Shown: positions 11,398 through 20,906 of the stretch, piece by piece | How positions within the stretch are numbered: the stretch's first letter is position 1 | Layout of the letters: every line of letters starts with the position of its first letter | Source of the DNA: Candidatus Latescibacterota bacterium | GTDB taxonomy: Bacteria > Latescibacterota > CBDEFO01 | Length of the DNA: 64,000 nucleotides | Direction of reading: 5' to 3' | Assembly: GCA_965248755.1 (NCBI GenBank) | Contig: OZ252149.1 | Location: 4,288,001 to 4,352,000, forward strand | Translations under genes and position numbers: made by a program | The notes under the pieces: generated by a model | What the model saw: only the letters and a program-made list of their open reading frames with translations | Told to the model about the DNA's origin: nothing | Databases searched by the model: none

Positions 11398-12489
11398 TTG
11401 AAGATCATCTTATCAGCAGGGGTTCGACCTAAGTTTATGAAGGTTGCACCGCTTGTGGAGGAGATTAGGAAGTTTCCGGAGAATCTTCAGGCTTCTCTCA
11501 TTCACACAGGATAGCACTACGATGATCCAATGTCCAGGGTGTTCTTCTGTGATCTGAAACTTCCCAAACCGGACAGATATTTGAACGTGGGATCGGGAAC
11601 TCACGCAGTCCAGACGGCCGGAGTGATGGTGGTATTTGAGCAGGTACTTTTAGAGGAAATGCCAGATTTAGTAATAGTGGTGGGAGATGTGAACTCGACT
11701 TTAGGGTGCGCACTTATCGCCGCCAAACTGGGCATTAAGCTGGCGCACGTGGAAGCAGGACTGCGCAGTTGGGACCGCACGATGCCTGAGGAGATTAATC
11801 GGGTTGTGACCGACTTAATTTCGGATCTACTGTTCACACCTTCGGAGCATGCAGACGAGAACCTACTCCACGAGGGGATACCCCAAGAGAAGATATTTTT
11901 CGTGGGGAATATAATGGTCGATTCTCTGCTTAGATCTAAGCGGATAGCGTTAAGATCCAAGATCCTGGAAGAGATAGGTTCAGCAGAAGACAACTACTGT
12001 CTGGTGACGCTGCACCGTCCATCTAACGTCGATGTAAAGGGGGTCCTATCTGGAATCATCAATGCATTAGACAAGATTCAGGAGCAGATTAAGGTAGTCT
12101 TTCCCGCTCATCCCAGGACGCAAAAGATGCTCCGGGACTTTGAACTGCTCAGAGTCTTGGAGGGTATGGATAATCTGACTTTGATAGAACCCTTAGGCTA
12201 TCTGGATTTCTTGAAGCTTGAGATATGCGCAGAGGTAGTGTTGACCGATTCCGGTGGGATACAAGCGGAGACGACAGTTTTAGGGGTGCCGTGTCTAACT
12301 TTGAGGGAGAATACGGAAAGCCCCACGACTGTCGAGATCGGGACAAATCTGGTCGTGGGAAACCGAGAAGATGATATCGTGGTTGCAGTATATAAGGTTC
12401 TACAAAGTAAGGGTAAAAAGTGGAGCATTACAAAATTCTGGGATGGTCGAACATCAGAGCGGATCGTCAGGATATTGAAAGGTATTTAA
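11398..12489 (+). pseudogene. wecB: UDP-N-acetylglucosamine 2-epimerase with an in-frame amber stop
   Basis: TTG 11398 gives KIILSAGVRPKFMKVAP...IHTG*HYD, with TAG 11512-11514 replacing Gln of HTGQHYD; downstream HVEAGLRS, EEINR, TDSGGIQ. Confidence 0.88.
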
Positions 12490-12547
12490 GCCTGATTTAA
12501 GTGCGCCGTTATCCAATGCACAAGATCGATACCGTCAGCATTAACAG

Positions 12548-13708
12548 GTGACAAGACAGATGTTAAAACTTGTGGTCTTTTCGGAGATCAAGTGGAGTTA
12601 CCTAAAAACTCGCAAACAACAGATCATAAGTCGATTTCCAAAAGATTGGCGCATACTTTTCATTGAGCCTTTTGTCCTCGGCACACGCAATCAGTTCTTG
12701 CCAAAAAAGACACAAAACGTCATACACGCAACAGTCCCGTTTTTCAAAATCGTTCCGGAGGGGGTTGTACGAAGAACATTAGATGAGAGAATCGCCAGAG
12801 CTATTATCAGTACTTTAGTCTTTTTATGGGTAAAAGCGATCTTCTTATTAACCGGCTTCACCGGAAAAAAGAGGGTCTTTTTCGTATCTAATATATACTA
12901 CTCTTATGTTGTGCAAAGGCTTGCCAAAGCTCTCGTGCTATACGACTGCAACGACAATCCTTTAGCATTTCCCGGCACTCCCGGGTGGGCTGAAGGTTAT
13001 TTTCATAAACTCAGTCGGCTCTCCGACGTGATATTTTACTCCGCTGTGGAGCTCAGCAAAAAGGTAGATTCTTGCCAAAGGCACAAGACAGTTTTCATCG
13101 GCAACGGAGTCGATTTCGAACTCTTTCAAGGAGAGCTAGTACACGACGAAGGGGCCCTGGAACTTAATCGCATTTCTGGGACGATTATCGCTTATGTTGG
13201 AGCTATCGATAGTCGGATGGATTTCCAGTTATTGGCTAAGATCGCCTCTGCATATCCGTCTGCTTCGATGGTATTCATAGGCCCGGTGGCTCCCAAGGTA
13301 TCCGAAGAAGTCCAAGAGCTGAAGGAATACCCCAATATTTTTCTTTTAGGCACGAAGGTGCACGATGTTCTACCGTCGTATTTGAAAAGGGCTAAGGTAT
13401 GTATTATCCCATTTGTAAAAAATGAGCTTACCGCCTCAGTAAATCCGGATAAGCTATATGAGTACTTAGCGGCAGGAAAGCCTGTAGTGACGTTGGATTT
13501 TTCCCCTGAAGTGTCTCAATACAGTGAGATCATTTATGTAGCTTGTGACCACGAAGATTTTACCAAGAAGGTGGGCCTGGCTCTAAGTAAGGAGCATGAT
13601 ACGGAGAAAATGAAGGCTATAGCCCGGGCAAACGATTGGAGTCAGAAGGCAAAGCAGATGATAGCTATTATTGACGAGTGCCTTAATAATAAGAAAGATT
13701 GCTCGTAG
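12548..13708 (+). CDS. GT-B glycosyltransferase (family 4-like)
   Basis: IGNGVDF, YVGAI, NPDKLYEYLAAGKPVV. Confidence 0.88.
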   Translation: MTRQMLKLVVFSEIKWSYLKTRKQQIISRFPKDWRILFIEPFVLGTRNQFLPKKTQNVIHATVPFFKIVPEGVVRRTLDERIARAIISTLVFLWVKAIFLLTGFTGKKRVFFVSNIYYSYVVQRLAKALVLYDCNDNPLAFPGTPGWAEGYFHKLSRLSDVIFYSAVELSKKVDSCQRHKTVFIGNGVDFELFQGELVHDEGALELNRISGTIIAYVGAIDSRMDFQLLAKIASAYPSASMVFIGPVAPKVSEEVQELKEYPNIFLLGTKVHDVLPSYLKRAKVCIIPFVKNELTASVNPDKLYEYLAAGKPVVTLDFSPEVSQYSEIIYVACDHEDFTKKVGLALSKEHDTEKMKAIARANDWSQKAKQMIAIIDECLNNKKDCS

Positions 13709-13808
13709 GCGATACACTGCTCCCCATCCTCAAAGAGAGTTTCACTGGGAACTTGTCTCCTTGTGTCTTAGCTTCTTCACTGTACCATCCCCAAAGTGTT
13801 GAACACAG

Positions 13809-14030
13809 TTGACAGCTTGCCTGAAAGAATATTACACCATACTGTTCCCCGTGGAATGCATGGGATTTAATTCTGCCCCTGAGGTTACCGCCAAAGTGTT
13901 AAAGAGGGGATATAAAATCTACGAAGTACCGATTTCATACGGTCCGAGAGGAAAAGAAAAGGGCAAGAAGCTACGCTGGAACGTCGGCTTAAAGGCTATT
14001 TGTACTCTGATAAAATATCGTTTTCTGTAA
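13809..14030 (+). pseudogene. C-terminal remnant of a polyprenol-phosphate GT2
   Basis: PEVTAKVLKRGYKIYEVPISY.PR...GKKL.W..G.KA...LIKYR; N-terminal catalytic part absent. Confidence 0.75.
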
Positions 14031-14114
14031 GGTTTTTATCAGGAGGAGGTTGTCATTAATTCCAAAAGACAAAAAAGGGCCCAAAAAAGGAAACCGAGCG
14101 CAGGGGAGCCCAAA

Positions 14115-16592
14115 ATGTCAGCCTTCGTATTCTCCGAAAGAGGAAAAGAACTGATAGCGTGCTGTTTAATATTCGTATTAGTCCTGATATTGTTTCGCGA
14201 AGTGATCTTTCAGAATAAGAGCTTTGTCGTTCCGGACAGCAAGGCTCCCGCCGCTTTGACGGCACCTATGAGCGAGTCGTTGAACAACGATGGTATCTAT
14301 CCGCTCTGGCATCCCTATATCTTCAGCGGTATGCCCTCCTTTGCAAGTCTGATATACAACCCCTATGTCTATGTACTCGGTGCCCTTATGTCTATATTCA
14401 ATTTTGTTCTGCCTCCACTGAGCTGGCTTTGGATACACTATTTTCTGGCTGGATTTTTTACATTTATCTTGATGAGGTCGAAGAAGATAAGCATTTCGGG
14501 AGCTCTCCTTTCGGCAGTGACCTTTACCTTCACGCCGTACTTGGTGGCTATGGGGACGTTCGGGCACGGGAGCCAGATGATGACAGCTGCATATATACCC
14601 TTGGCTTTTTGGGCAGTCGACAGGCTCCTCGAAAAGAGGAGCATCCTGTATATCGCCTTGACGGCGTTAGCGCTCGGCCTTCAACTGCAAAGAGGTCACG
14701 TCCAGATTGCGTACTACACCTGGATGATGCTCGGCCTCTACTTTGTCTATTTTTCGTACTTGAGGCTTCGATCCGGAGCATCGGCTACGGACGTCTTGAA
14801 AACTGGCGGACTTTTAGCCATAGCCCTGGTATGGGCGTTTGCCTTAGCCTCTGTCCTCTACCTGCCCGTTTACAACTATACTCCCTATTCCATACGGGGC
14901 GGCGGTTCAGAAGGTGGCGTGGGATTCGAATATGCCACTGGTTGGTCGTTTCATCCTAAGGAGATGCTGACCTTCTTGGTGCCCTCTTTCTTCGGCTTCG
15001 GCGGCATTACCTACTGGGGAAAGATGCCCTTCACCGATTTCCCCAACTATATGGGCCTAATCCCGCTTTTTCTTGCAATCTTAGCGCTGATCTGGAGGAG
15101 GAACAAGACTACCGTCTTTTTCGGAATCCTCATATTCGTCTCACTTTTGGCATCCTTCGGCAGACATTTTTTCTTCTACCAGTTCCTCTACGACTTTCTG
15201 CCCTTCTTCAAAAAGTTCCGCGTGCCCGTCATGATCCTTATAATGGTTCAATTTTCCGTCGCCGTGATGGCGGGCTATGGGCTGGACAATCTGATTAGAT
15301 TTTCCCGGGAAAAGATGGAAAAAACTACAAGCGAAAAGATTAAGAGGCTCACAAAGCGCCTCGCCATCGCCATCGGAGTCCTGATAGCCGCAGGCTTGAT
15401 CCTGAGCCTTGGAAAGAAGTCGTTTTTCGGGACAATGTCAGAGATATATCCCCAAAGTGCCAGATACACCATTTTGGAACTTAATCAGATGAGATTCGAC
15501 ATGTTCTATAAGGATACCTGGAAGATGATATTTCTCTTTGCTATCGGGGGCGGCATAACTATCGGACTTTTAAAAAGATATGTAAGGCCTCATCTTTTCG
15601 GAATAGCTCTCCTTTTTCTGGCGACAGCAGACCTGTGGTTGGTAGACTTTAAGCTCATTCGTCCCTCTGGGCGGGGAGAGATGAACCGGTATTTAGCTCA
15701 GGATGAGACGATAGAGTTCATAAAAAGGGATGAGGACATCTTTCGAATATTCCCTGTAGGCAGGCTCTTTTCGGATAACAAATGGGCCGCACATCGCATC
15801 TTTTCTATCGGGGGATACCACGCGGCCAAGTTGAAGATATATCAGGAATTTTTGAGCGAGCAAGGCATCCCCGAGGGATTCCTTGCGAAGTACCTGAAGC
15901 CCTCTCGTACCACCGAGCAGGGCTACGTCCTGAAGGATATAGACGAAGTTTCACTCAAAGATCGCCGCGCCCACTCTGCGGCTCTGGACATGCTGAATGT
16001 CAAATACGTCGTCTCTCCATATCCTATCCCCGATCCACAGTACAGGTTAGTGGCACAGAAGAAGGGCTATATAGACCGACATGAAACTTCACTGAACATC
16101 TATCAAAAGCAGAGTGTGCTCCCGAGAACCTTTCTTGTCGGGAAAGTCAAAGTCGTCCCAGACGAAAACAAAATCCTGGATGAGATGAGATCCGGGGCGT
16201 TCGACCCCCACGAGTATGCCCTTTTGGAGGAAGTTCCCGAGTTTGAACCTGAAAGTGTCGAAAGCAGCTTTGCAAGGATCACAGATTATGGAATTCATAA
16301 CATAAAGCTTGAGGCTTCCAACCTCAAGCCCTGTCTTTTGGTCTTAAGTGAGATATATTATCCTGAAGGTTGGAAAGCTCGTCTGGATGGGGAAGAGGTA
16401 AAAATATACAAGACTAACTACCTGCTCAGGTCAATCCTCCTTCCTCCCGGTGATCACAGGGTTGAGTTTGTCTTCGATCCCTGGGATTTTAAGTTGGGGC
16501 TTTGGATAAGCGTTGGGGCATGGGCACTGCTGATAGGCTTACTTTCTCTGAAAGGGGTACGATATTATCGTGCAGAAAGAGGACAAAAGTAG
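14115..16592 (+). CDS. YfhO-family polytopic membrane protein (GT-C-like)
   Basis: PLWHPYIFSGMP, FFKKFRVP, IGGYHAAKL, SEIYYPEGWKA; many TM helices. Confidence 0.88.
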   Translation: MSAFVFSERGKELIACCLIFVLVLILFREVIFQNKSFVVPDSKAPAALTAPMSESLNNDGIYPLWHPYIFSGMPSFASLIYNPYVYVLGALMSIFNFVLPPLSWLWIHYFLAGFFTFILMRSKKISISGALLSAVTFTFTPYLVAMGTFGHGSQMMTAAYIPLAFWAVDRLLEKRSILYIALTALALGLQLQRGHVQIAYYTWMMLGLYFVYFSYLRLRSGASATDVLKTGGLLAIALVWAFALASVLYLPVYNYTPYSIRGGGSEGGVGFEYATGWSFHPKEMLTFLVPSFFGFGGITYWGKMPFTDFPNYMGLIPLFLAILALIWRRNKTTVFFGILIFVSLLASFGRHFFFYQFLYDFLPFFKKFRVPVMILIMVQFSVAVMAGYGLDNLIRFSREKMEKTTSEKIKRLTKRLAIAIGVLIAAGLILSLGKKSFFGTMSEIYPQSARYTILELNQMRFDMFYKDTWKMIFLFAIGGGITIGLLKRYVRPHLFGIALLFLATADLWLVDFKLIRPSGRGEMNRYLAQDETIEFIKRDEDIFRIFPVGRLFSDNKWAAHRIFSIGGYHAAKLKIYQEFLSEQGIPEGFLAKYLKPSRTTEQGYVLKDIDEVSLKDRRAHSAALDMLNVKYVVSPYPIPDPQYRLVAQKKGYIDRHETSLNIYQKQSVLPRTFLVGKVKVVPDENKILDEMRSGAFDPHEYALLEEVPEFEPESVESSFARITDYGIHNIKLEASNLKPCLLVLSEIYYPEGWKARLDGEEVKIYKTNYLLRSILLPPGDHRVEFVFDPWDFKLGLWISVGAWALLIGLLSLKGVRYYRAERGQK

Positions 16593-17538
16593 AGCTGAAG
16601 ACGCGAAAAGAAAGAGCTTTTTTTCGATTGTGATCCCCCTCTTGAACGAGAGACCAAGCCTCAAAGAGCTCTTTTTCAGGATCAAGAGCGTAATGGGGGA
16701 GGTGGAGAAAGGATACGAGGTAATCTTTATAGACGACGGGAGCACGGACGGCTCGTTTGAGATCTTAGAGGAATTGAAAAAAGATAACAAAGAGGTGGTA
16801 GCGATTCAGTTCAGAAGGAACTGCGGGAAAGCTGCCGCTCTATCTGCGGGATTTGAACAGGCACAGGGCGAGGTTATCGTAACGATGGACGCCGATCTTC
16901 AGGACGATCCTGAGGAGATACCCAATGTCATACAGAAGATAAACGAGGGTTATGACATCGTCTCCGGATGGAAGAAAGAGAGGAAGGACCCTATAGGGAA
17001 GCGGCTCTCCTCCAAGGTCTTCAACTTCGTCACTTCGCTTGTCACAGGTGTGCATCTCCACGACATCAACTGTGGGCTTAAGGCCTACAGATGGGAAGTG
17101 GCAAAGGACATCACTCTTTACGGAGAACTCCACAGGTACGTCCCTGTCCTCGCCTACTGGAAGGGGTACAAAGTAGGAGAACTCGCCGTGGTGCATCACC
17201 CCCGAAAGTTCGGAAAGAGCAAATACGGAGTAAAGAGGTTTCTAAGCGGTTTCTTCGATCTTTTGACGGTTATGATGATAACCAGATACCTTACAAAGCC
17301 CCTGCACCTCTTCGGCACAGTTGGAGTCATACTCACACTGGCAGGAACGGCCATAAACTCATATCTTACGTACCACAAACTCACAACCGGTTCACTCGGT
17401 GGACGTTATCCACTTTTGATGTTGGGAATCCTTTTGATGATAGTAGGCATACAATTTGTCTCAACTGGACTCCTTGCTGAGATAATGACGACCTCGATGG
17501 GAAAAGAGAAATACCCCATCAGAAAGATATTGGAGTAG
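16570..17538 (+). CDS. Undecaprenyl-phosphate glycosyltransferase (GtrB/ArnC-like GT2)
   Basis: FIDDGSTDGS, TMDADLQDDP, GELHRYVP, two C-terminal TM helices. Confidence 0.92.
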   Translation: MQKEDKSRAEDAKRKSFFSIVIPLLNERPSLKELFFRIKSVMGEVEKGYEVIFIDDGSTDGSFEILEELKKDNKEVVAIQFRRNCGKAAALSAGFEQAQGEVIVTMDADLQDDPEEIPNVIQKINEGYDIVSGWKKERKDPIGKRLSSKVFNFVTSLVTGVHLHDINCGLKAYRWEVAKDITLYGELHRYVPVLAYWKGYKVGELAVVHHPRKFGKSKYGVKRFLSGFFDLLTVMMITRYLTKPLHLFGTVGVILTLAGTAINSYLTYHKLTTGSLGGRYPLLMLGILLMIVGIQFVSTGLLAEIMTTSMGKEKYPIRKILE

Positions 17539-17614
17539 GACATTAGGCTTAAAGACGTATGTAAAGTTAAAGTTGCCGAAGATTCTTACTTCCAGACTCC
17601 CCATCCGTGTCCTG

Positions 17615-18316
17615 TTACGCAGCTTCTTTTTTCCCTTCGTCTTTTTTCGCTTTTCTGGCCTCTATTTCCTCTTTGAGATGGTCTATCATACGGGACGCCT
17701 TTCTCATTATTGGATTGTCCTTGAGGAAATTACGTGCTTTTTGTCGTTCCTCCTCTGTGAAGACTTCCTCTTCGACGAGCTTGGATATGAGGTCTTTTTG
17801 CTCTTTGGAGGCAGTTTTCCCGTTCCCGTTGCTTCCGAACCCACCGTTTCTCGTGCCTGTATGTTCCCGGGGAGGCTCCTTTATCTCATCCACAGAGCAC
17901 ATTCCTGTGGCGGTCGCCAACCGCATAGCCCTGTTGGTAGCTCTCCTTGTCGCCATTTCGATCGGATATTCTGGGAACTTTACAAAGCCCTTCAGGTTAT
18001 GAGGGCTCGCCGTGCCGTAATCTACGAAGGGCTTTTCGAATCCTTCGACCCAGACTTCCCCTTTCATGACAACGAGGGGATCTCCCTCCTTGAGAGCTAT
18101 CATCGCCCTCAGGAGTCTGTACTCCTCAACTGAGGGGGGGAGTGCCTGAACAGCGAATCTTCCTGCTCCGTACTTCTGCAGCATCTTATACTGGAGGCCC
18201 GCTCCGGTTATGTAAGGTTCACCATCTATAAATACCACAAATTCCTCAACCTTTTGGATAGGGAAGCGCTCAGAATCTGCGATCTCTTTTTGCATCTCTT
18301 TCAATGTCTTTTCCAT
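17615..18316 (-). CDS. Hypothetical protein, possible single-strand annealing/recombination protein
   Basis: GEPYITGAGL and EMATRRATNRAMRLA...CSVDEI core, a linker and a helical C-terminal domain; GTGGAGG RBS. Confidence 0.55.
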   Translation of the reverse strand: MEKTLKEMQKEIADSERFPIQKVEEFVVFIDGEPYITGAGLQYKMLQKYGAGRFAVQALPPSVEEYRLLRAMIALKEGDPLVVMKGEVWVEGFEKPFVDYGTASPHNLKGFVKFPEYPIEMATRRATNRAMRLATATGMCSVDEIKEPPREHTGTRNGGFGSNGNGKTASKEQKDLISKLVEEEVFTEEERQKARNFLKDNPIMRKASRMIDHLKEEIEARKAKKDEGKKEAA

Positions 18317-18363
18317 CTGAAACCTCCACTCTAAAATAATAATCTAAAGGAACAATTCCCGAA

Positions 18364-18408
18364 TAGTGTCGACACTACGAATATACTGTACATTAGTGTA
18401 TTTGTCAA
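18364..18408 (-). promoter_or_regulatory. sigma70 promoter with a 14-bp perfect palindrome at the expected TSS
   Basis: Minus strand TTGACA-17bp-TATATT followed by TAGTGTCGACACTA (18364-18377). Confidence 0.7.
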
Positions 18409-18691
18409 GGAAAAAATAAAGATTTTTCCAGATATTTAAAAAAAATGGAACGATCATCCGTAACGGTTTCTTGATGCTTAATTTTGTGGAACTGATAGGG
18501 CTATAAATACGGACTAAATCAGCTTGTAAAACCCTTACGAGATTTTGCATAGGTTTTGATTTTACTTGATTTCTGCGCATCAGATGAATATATTATCGAT
18601 GTGCTCTTTGGACGTATTTCGTTTGTGGAAGAATAGAGTTGATCTGTCATCGGTGCACTGATAGAATCCAGGTAAGTGGGAGAAAAGGTGA

Positions 18692-19303
18692 ATGGTTGAG
18701 CTTTTCAGTAAGGGCGGATCTTTTATGTATCCGCTCCTGTTCTTATTTGTCGTCGGAGTAGCTATAATTTTGGAGCGCATCTGGACACTCACCAGGGCTT
18801 CTGTCAATACGAAGAGATTCTTCTTTCGGCTCCAAACCGCCCTTGAGGAAAATGGTCCTGAAGGAGCAGCTATGGTCTGCGCTGATACAAGGGGTCCCGC
18901 TGCGACTGTCATCCATGCCGGACTTCTAAGGCTCCCAAGGGGAATTGATCACGTAGAAAAGGCAATTGGTGATTCAGGAGCTATCGAAATGGCATTTTTG
19001 GAAAAGGGGATGGTCTGGCTCGCTACGGTTGCCAACATAGCTCCCATGATAGGCTTCTTAGGGACCGTACGGGGTATGATAAGGGCGTTTCAAGCCATCG
19101 CTGAGGCGGGGGATGTGGAGCCCACGCTCGTGGCTTCTGGAATATCCGAAGCGCTCATTACCACTGCAGCCGGACTCGCCGTGGCTATACCGATGCAGTT
19201 CTTTCACAATCTCTTCGTCTCCAGAATTGACAAGATCGTTATCGAAATGCAGGAGACCTCTACAGCCTTTGTGGATAGTCTTATCGAAAAAGAGTTTGGT
19301 TAG
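18692..19303 (+). CDS. exbB: MotA/TolQ/ExbB proton channel protein
   Basis: APMIGFLGTVRGMI, GISEALITTAAGL. Confidence 0.92.
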   Translation: MVELFSKGGSFMYPLLFLFVVGVAIILERIWTLTRASVNTKRFFFRLQTALEENGPEGAAMVCADTRGPAATVIHAGLLRLPRGIDHVEKAIGDSGAIEMAFLEKGMVWLATVANIAPMIGFLGTVRGMIRAFQAIAEAGDVEPTLVASGISEALITTAAGLAVAIPMQFFHNLFVSRIDKIVIEMQETSTAFVDSLIEKEFG

Positions 19304-19329
19304 GTGCGGCACGACGCAGAGGAAACAAC

Positions 19330-19746
19330 GTGAGATTCGAGAGGAAATCGAGGATCGACCAGACAGTTCCGACCGCTTCGATGGCTGACATTGCCTTTTT
19401 ATTGCTTATATTCTTTATGGTCTCGACGGTATTCATTACCTACCGGGGGCTACCTGTGATATTGCCCAAGGCCCAGAAGATAGAGGAACTCAAAACCAGA
19501 AGGAATATAGCAAACCTGTGGATAGGAACCGACGGCACCCTCGTTATTGATGACGATAAAGTGGACATCTCATCGATAAGGTCAGTTATGTACAACAAGC
19601 TGTCGGAAAATCCGAGGATCATAGTTTCGCTTAAGTGCGATGAGGAGGCACCCTGCGGCGTCCTGTACGACGTTCTGGTGGAATTAAGAGAATCTCAGGC
19701 TCTAAGGGTCAACTTCGCCACAGACAGGAAGAAGGAGACACGTTGA
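19330..19746 (+). CDS. exbD: Biopolymer transport protein ExbD
   Basis: PTASMADIAFLLLIFFMV. Confidence 0.92.
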   Translation: MRFERKSRIDQTVPTASMADIAFLLLIFFMVSTVFITYRGLPVILPKAQKIEELKTRRNIANLWIGTDGTLVIDDDKVDISSIRSVMYNKLSENPRIIVSLKCDEEAPCGVLYDVLVELRESQALRVNFATDRKKETR

Positions 19747-20402
19747 TCAGAAAGAAGAACCCCAAGGTGGATCTCAAGCTCGAATATAAAAAGGTCTTTC
19801 CAGTATGCCTCTTCGTATCGGTCCTGCTGACCTTTTTGGTATTCTTCTTCAGCAGGGAATTTGACGTTAAAGCGTACGCCAAGCCGCCACAGAGAATAAT
19901 CCTGCAGATTGAGGACATACCCGAGACTCATCAGATCAAAAGACCACCTCCGCCTCCGAGGCCCTCTGTTCCGATAGAAGTTGAGGCCGAAGATCTCGTA
20001 GATGATGTGACAATAGAAAGCACGGACCTAGACTTGAGCCAGATTCCAGCGGATATTCCTCCACCGCCCCCTCTGATTGAGACTTTTCCCGTTGAGCATT
20101 TGGCCGATGAGGAGGAGATAGTCGAGTTCTGGCATGCGGAGGTAAAGCCGAAGCTGGTTAAGTCTGTGGTCCCGGAGTATCCTGAGATCGCACGTAAGGC
20201 TGGGATAGAGGGGAAAGTCTCTCTGCGTCTTTTAATCGGTAAGGACGGTAAAGTGGAGGAAGTGGAGTTCCTGAAGGGCCCCGTAGTATTCAAAGATTCG
20301 GCAATAGAAGCGGTGATGCAATACTTATTTTCACCGGCTATGCAGAACGATAAGCCTGTGAGGGTATGGGCGGCTCAGATGATCAGGTTCAAATTGAAAT
20401 GA
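19743..20402 (+). CDS. tonB: Energy transducer TonB
   Basis: N-terminal TM, Pro-rich linker, YPEIARKAGIEGKV C-terminal domain. Confidence 0.92.
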   Translation: MIRKKNPKVDLKLEYKKVFPVCLFVSVLLTFLVFFFSREFDVKAYAKPPQRIILQIEDIPETHQIKRPPPPPRPSVPIEVEAEDLVDDVTIESTDLDLSQIPADIPPPPPLIETFPVEHLADEEEIVEFWHAEVKPKLVKSVVPEYPEIARKAGIEGKVSLRLLIGKDGKVEEVEFLKGPVVFKDSAIEAVMQYLFSPAMQNDKPVRVWAAQMIRFKLK

Positions 20403-20407
20403 CTGAA

Positions 20408-20458
20408 TGTAGGAGCTGGGTTTCCCAGCCCTTGTGGCGAGCGAACCTCGCCCCTACA
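20408..20458. repeat. GTAG-type REP inverted doublet
   Basis: TGTAGGAGCTGGG..CCCAGCCC / GGCGAG..CTCGCCCCTACA between convergent genes; related copy at 34342-34391. Confidence 0.65.
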
Positions 20459-20471
20459 TCTTATTTGGGAA

Positions 20472-20876
20472 TTACTTTATAGGAGAGGCTATAGATATTC
20501 TGGTGGCTCCCGCTAACTTGAGTTCATCTAATACATCGACAAAGGCTCTGTACGGGGTCTCCCTGTCCGACTGCAGAGATACTATAAGCTTATCATTTTC
20601 GGAGAGTCTTCGCTTTATCTCATCTGTAAGGTTAAACAGACTGATCTCCTCTCCATCTACGGCGATATCCCCGGCGGCGTTGAGCCAGATGTTGCAGATG
20701 TTTTTCTTGGGAACGGGCTTTGTCTTACCGGCGGAAGGCAGAATTAGTCCTATACCTTTATCCCTGTTTAAAGTGGTGGTCACCAGGAAAAATATGATCA
20801 GCAAAAAGGCGATGTCCGCCATAGCCACAACGGGGATGAAGACCGTTACCTTTCTTTTCCTTTTGGGTATCAACAT
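20472..20876 (-). CDS. exbD: Biopolymer transport protein ExbD (second copy)
   Basis: AMADIAFLLIIFFLVTT, VDVLDELKLAG. Confidence 0.9.
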   Translation of the reverse strand: MLIPKRKRKVTVFIPVVAMADIAFLLIIFFLVTTTLNRDKGIGLILPSAGKTKPVPKKNICNIWLNAAGDIAVDGEEISLFNLTDEIKRRLSENDKLIVSLQSDRETPYRAFVDVLDELKLAGATRISIASPIK

Positions 20877-20906
20877 CTGTGATGTCCTACTGTTTTCGGT
20901 GGACGT

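Noticed and set aside
17615..18316. Prophage
   Set aside because: No integrase, structural or other phage genes around the recombinase-like ORF
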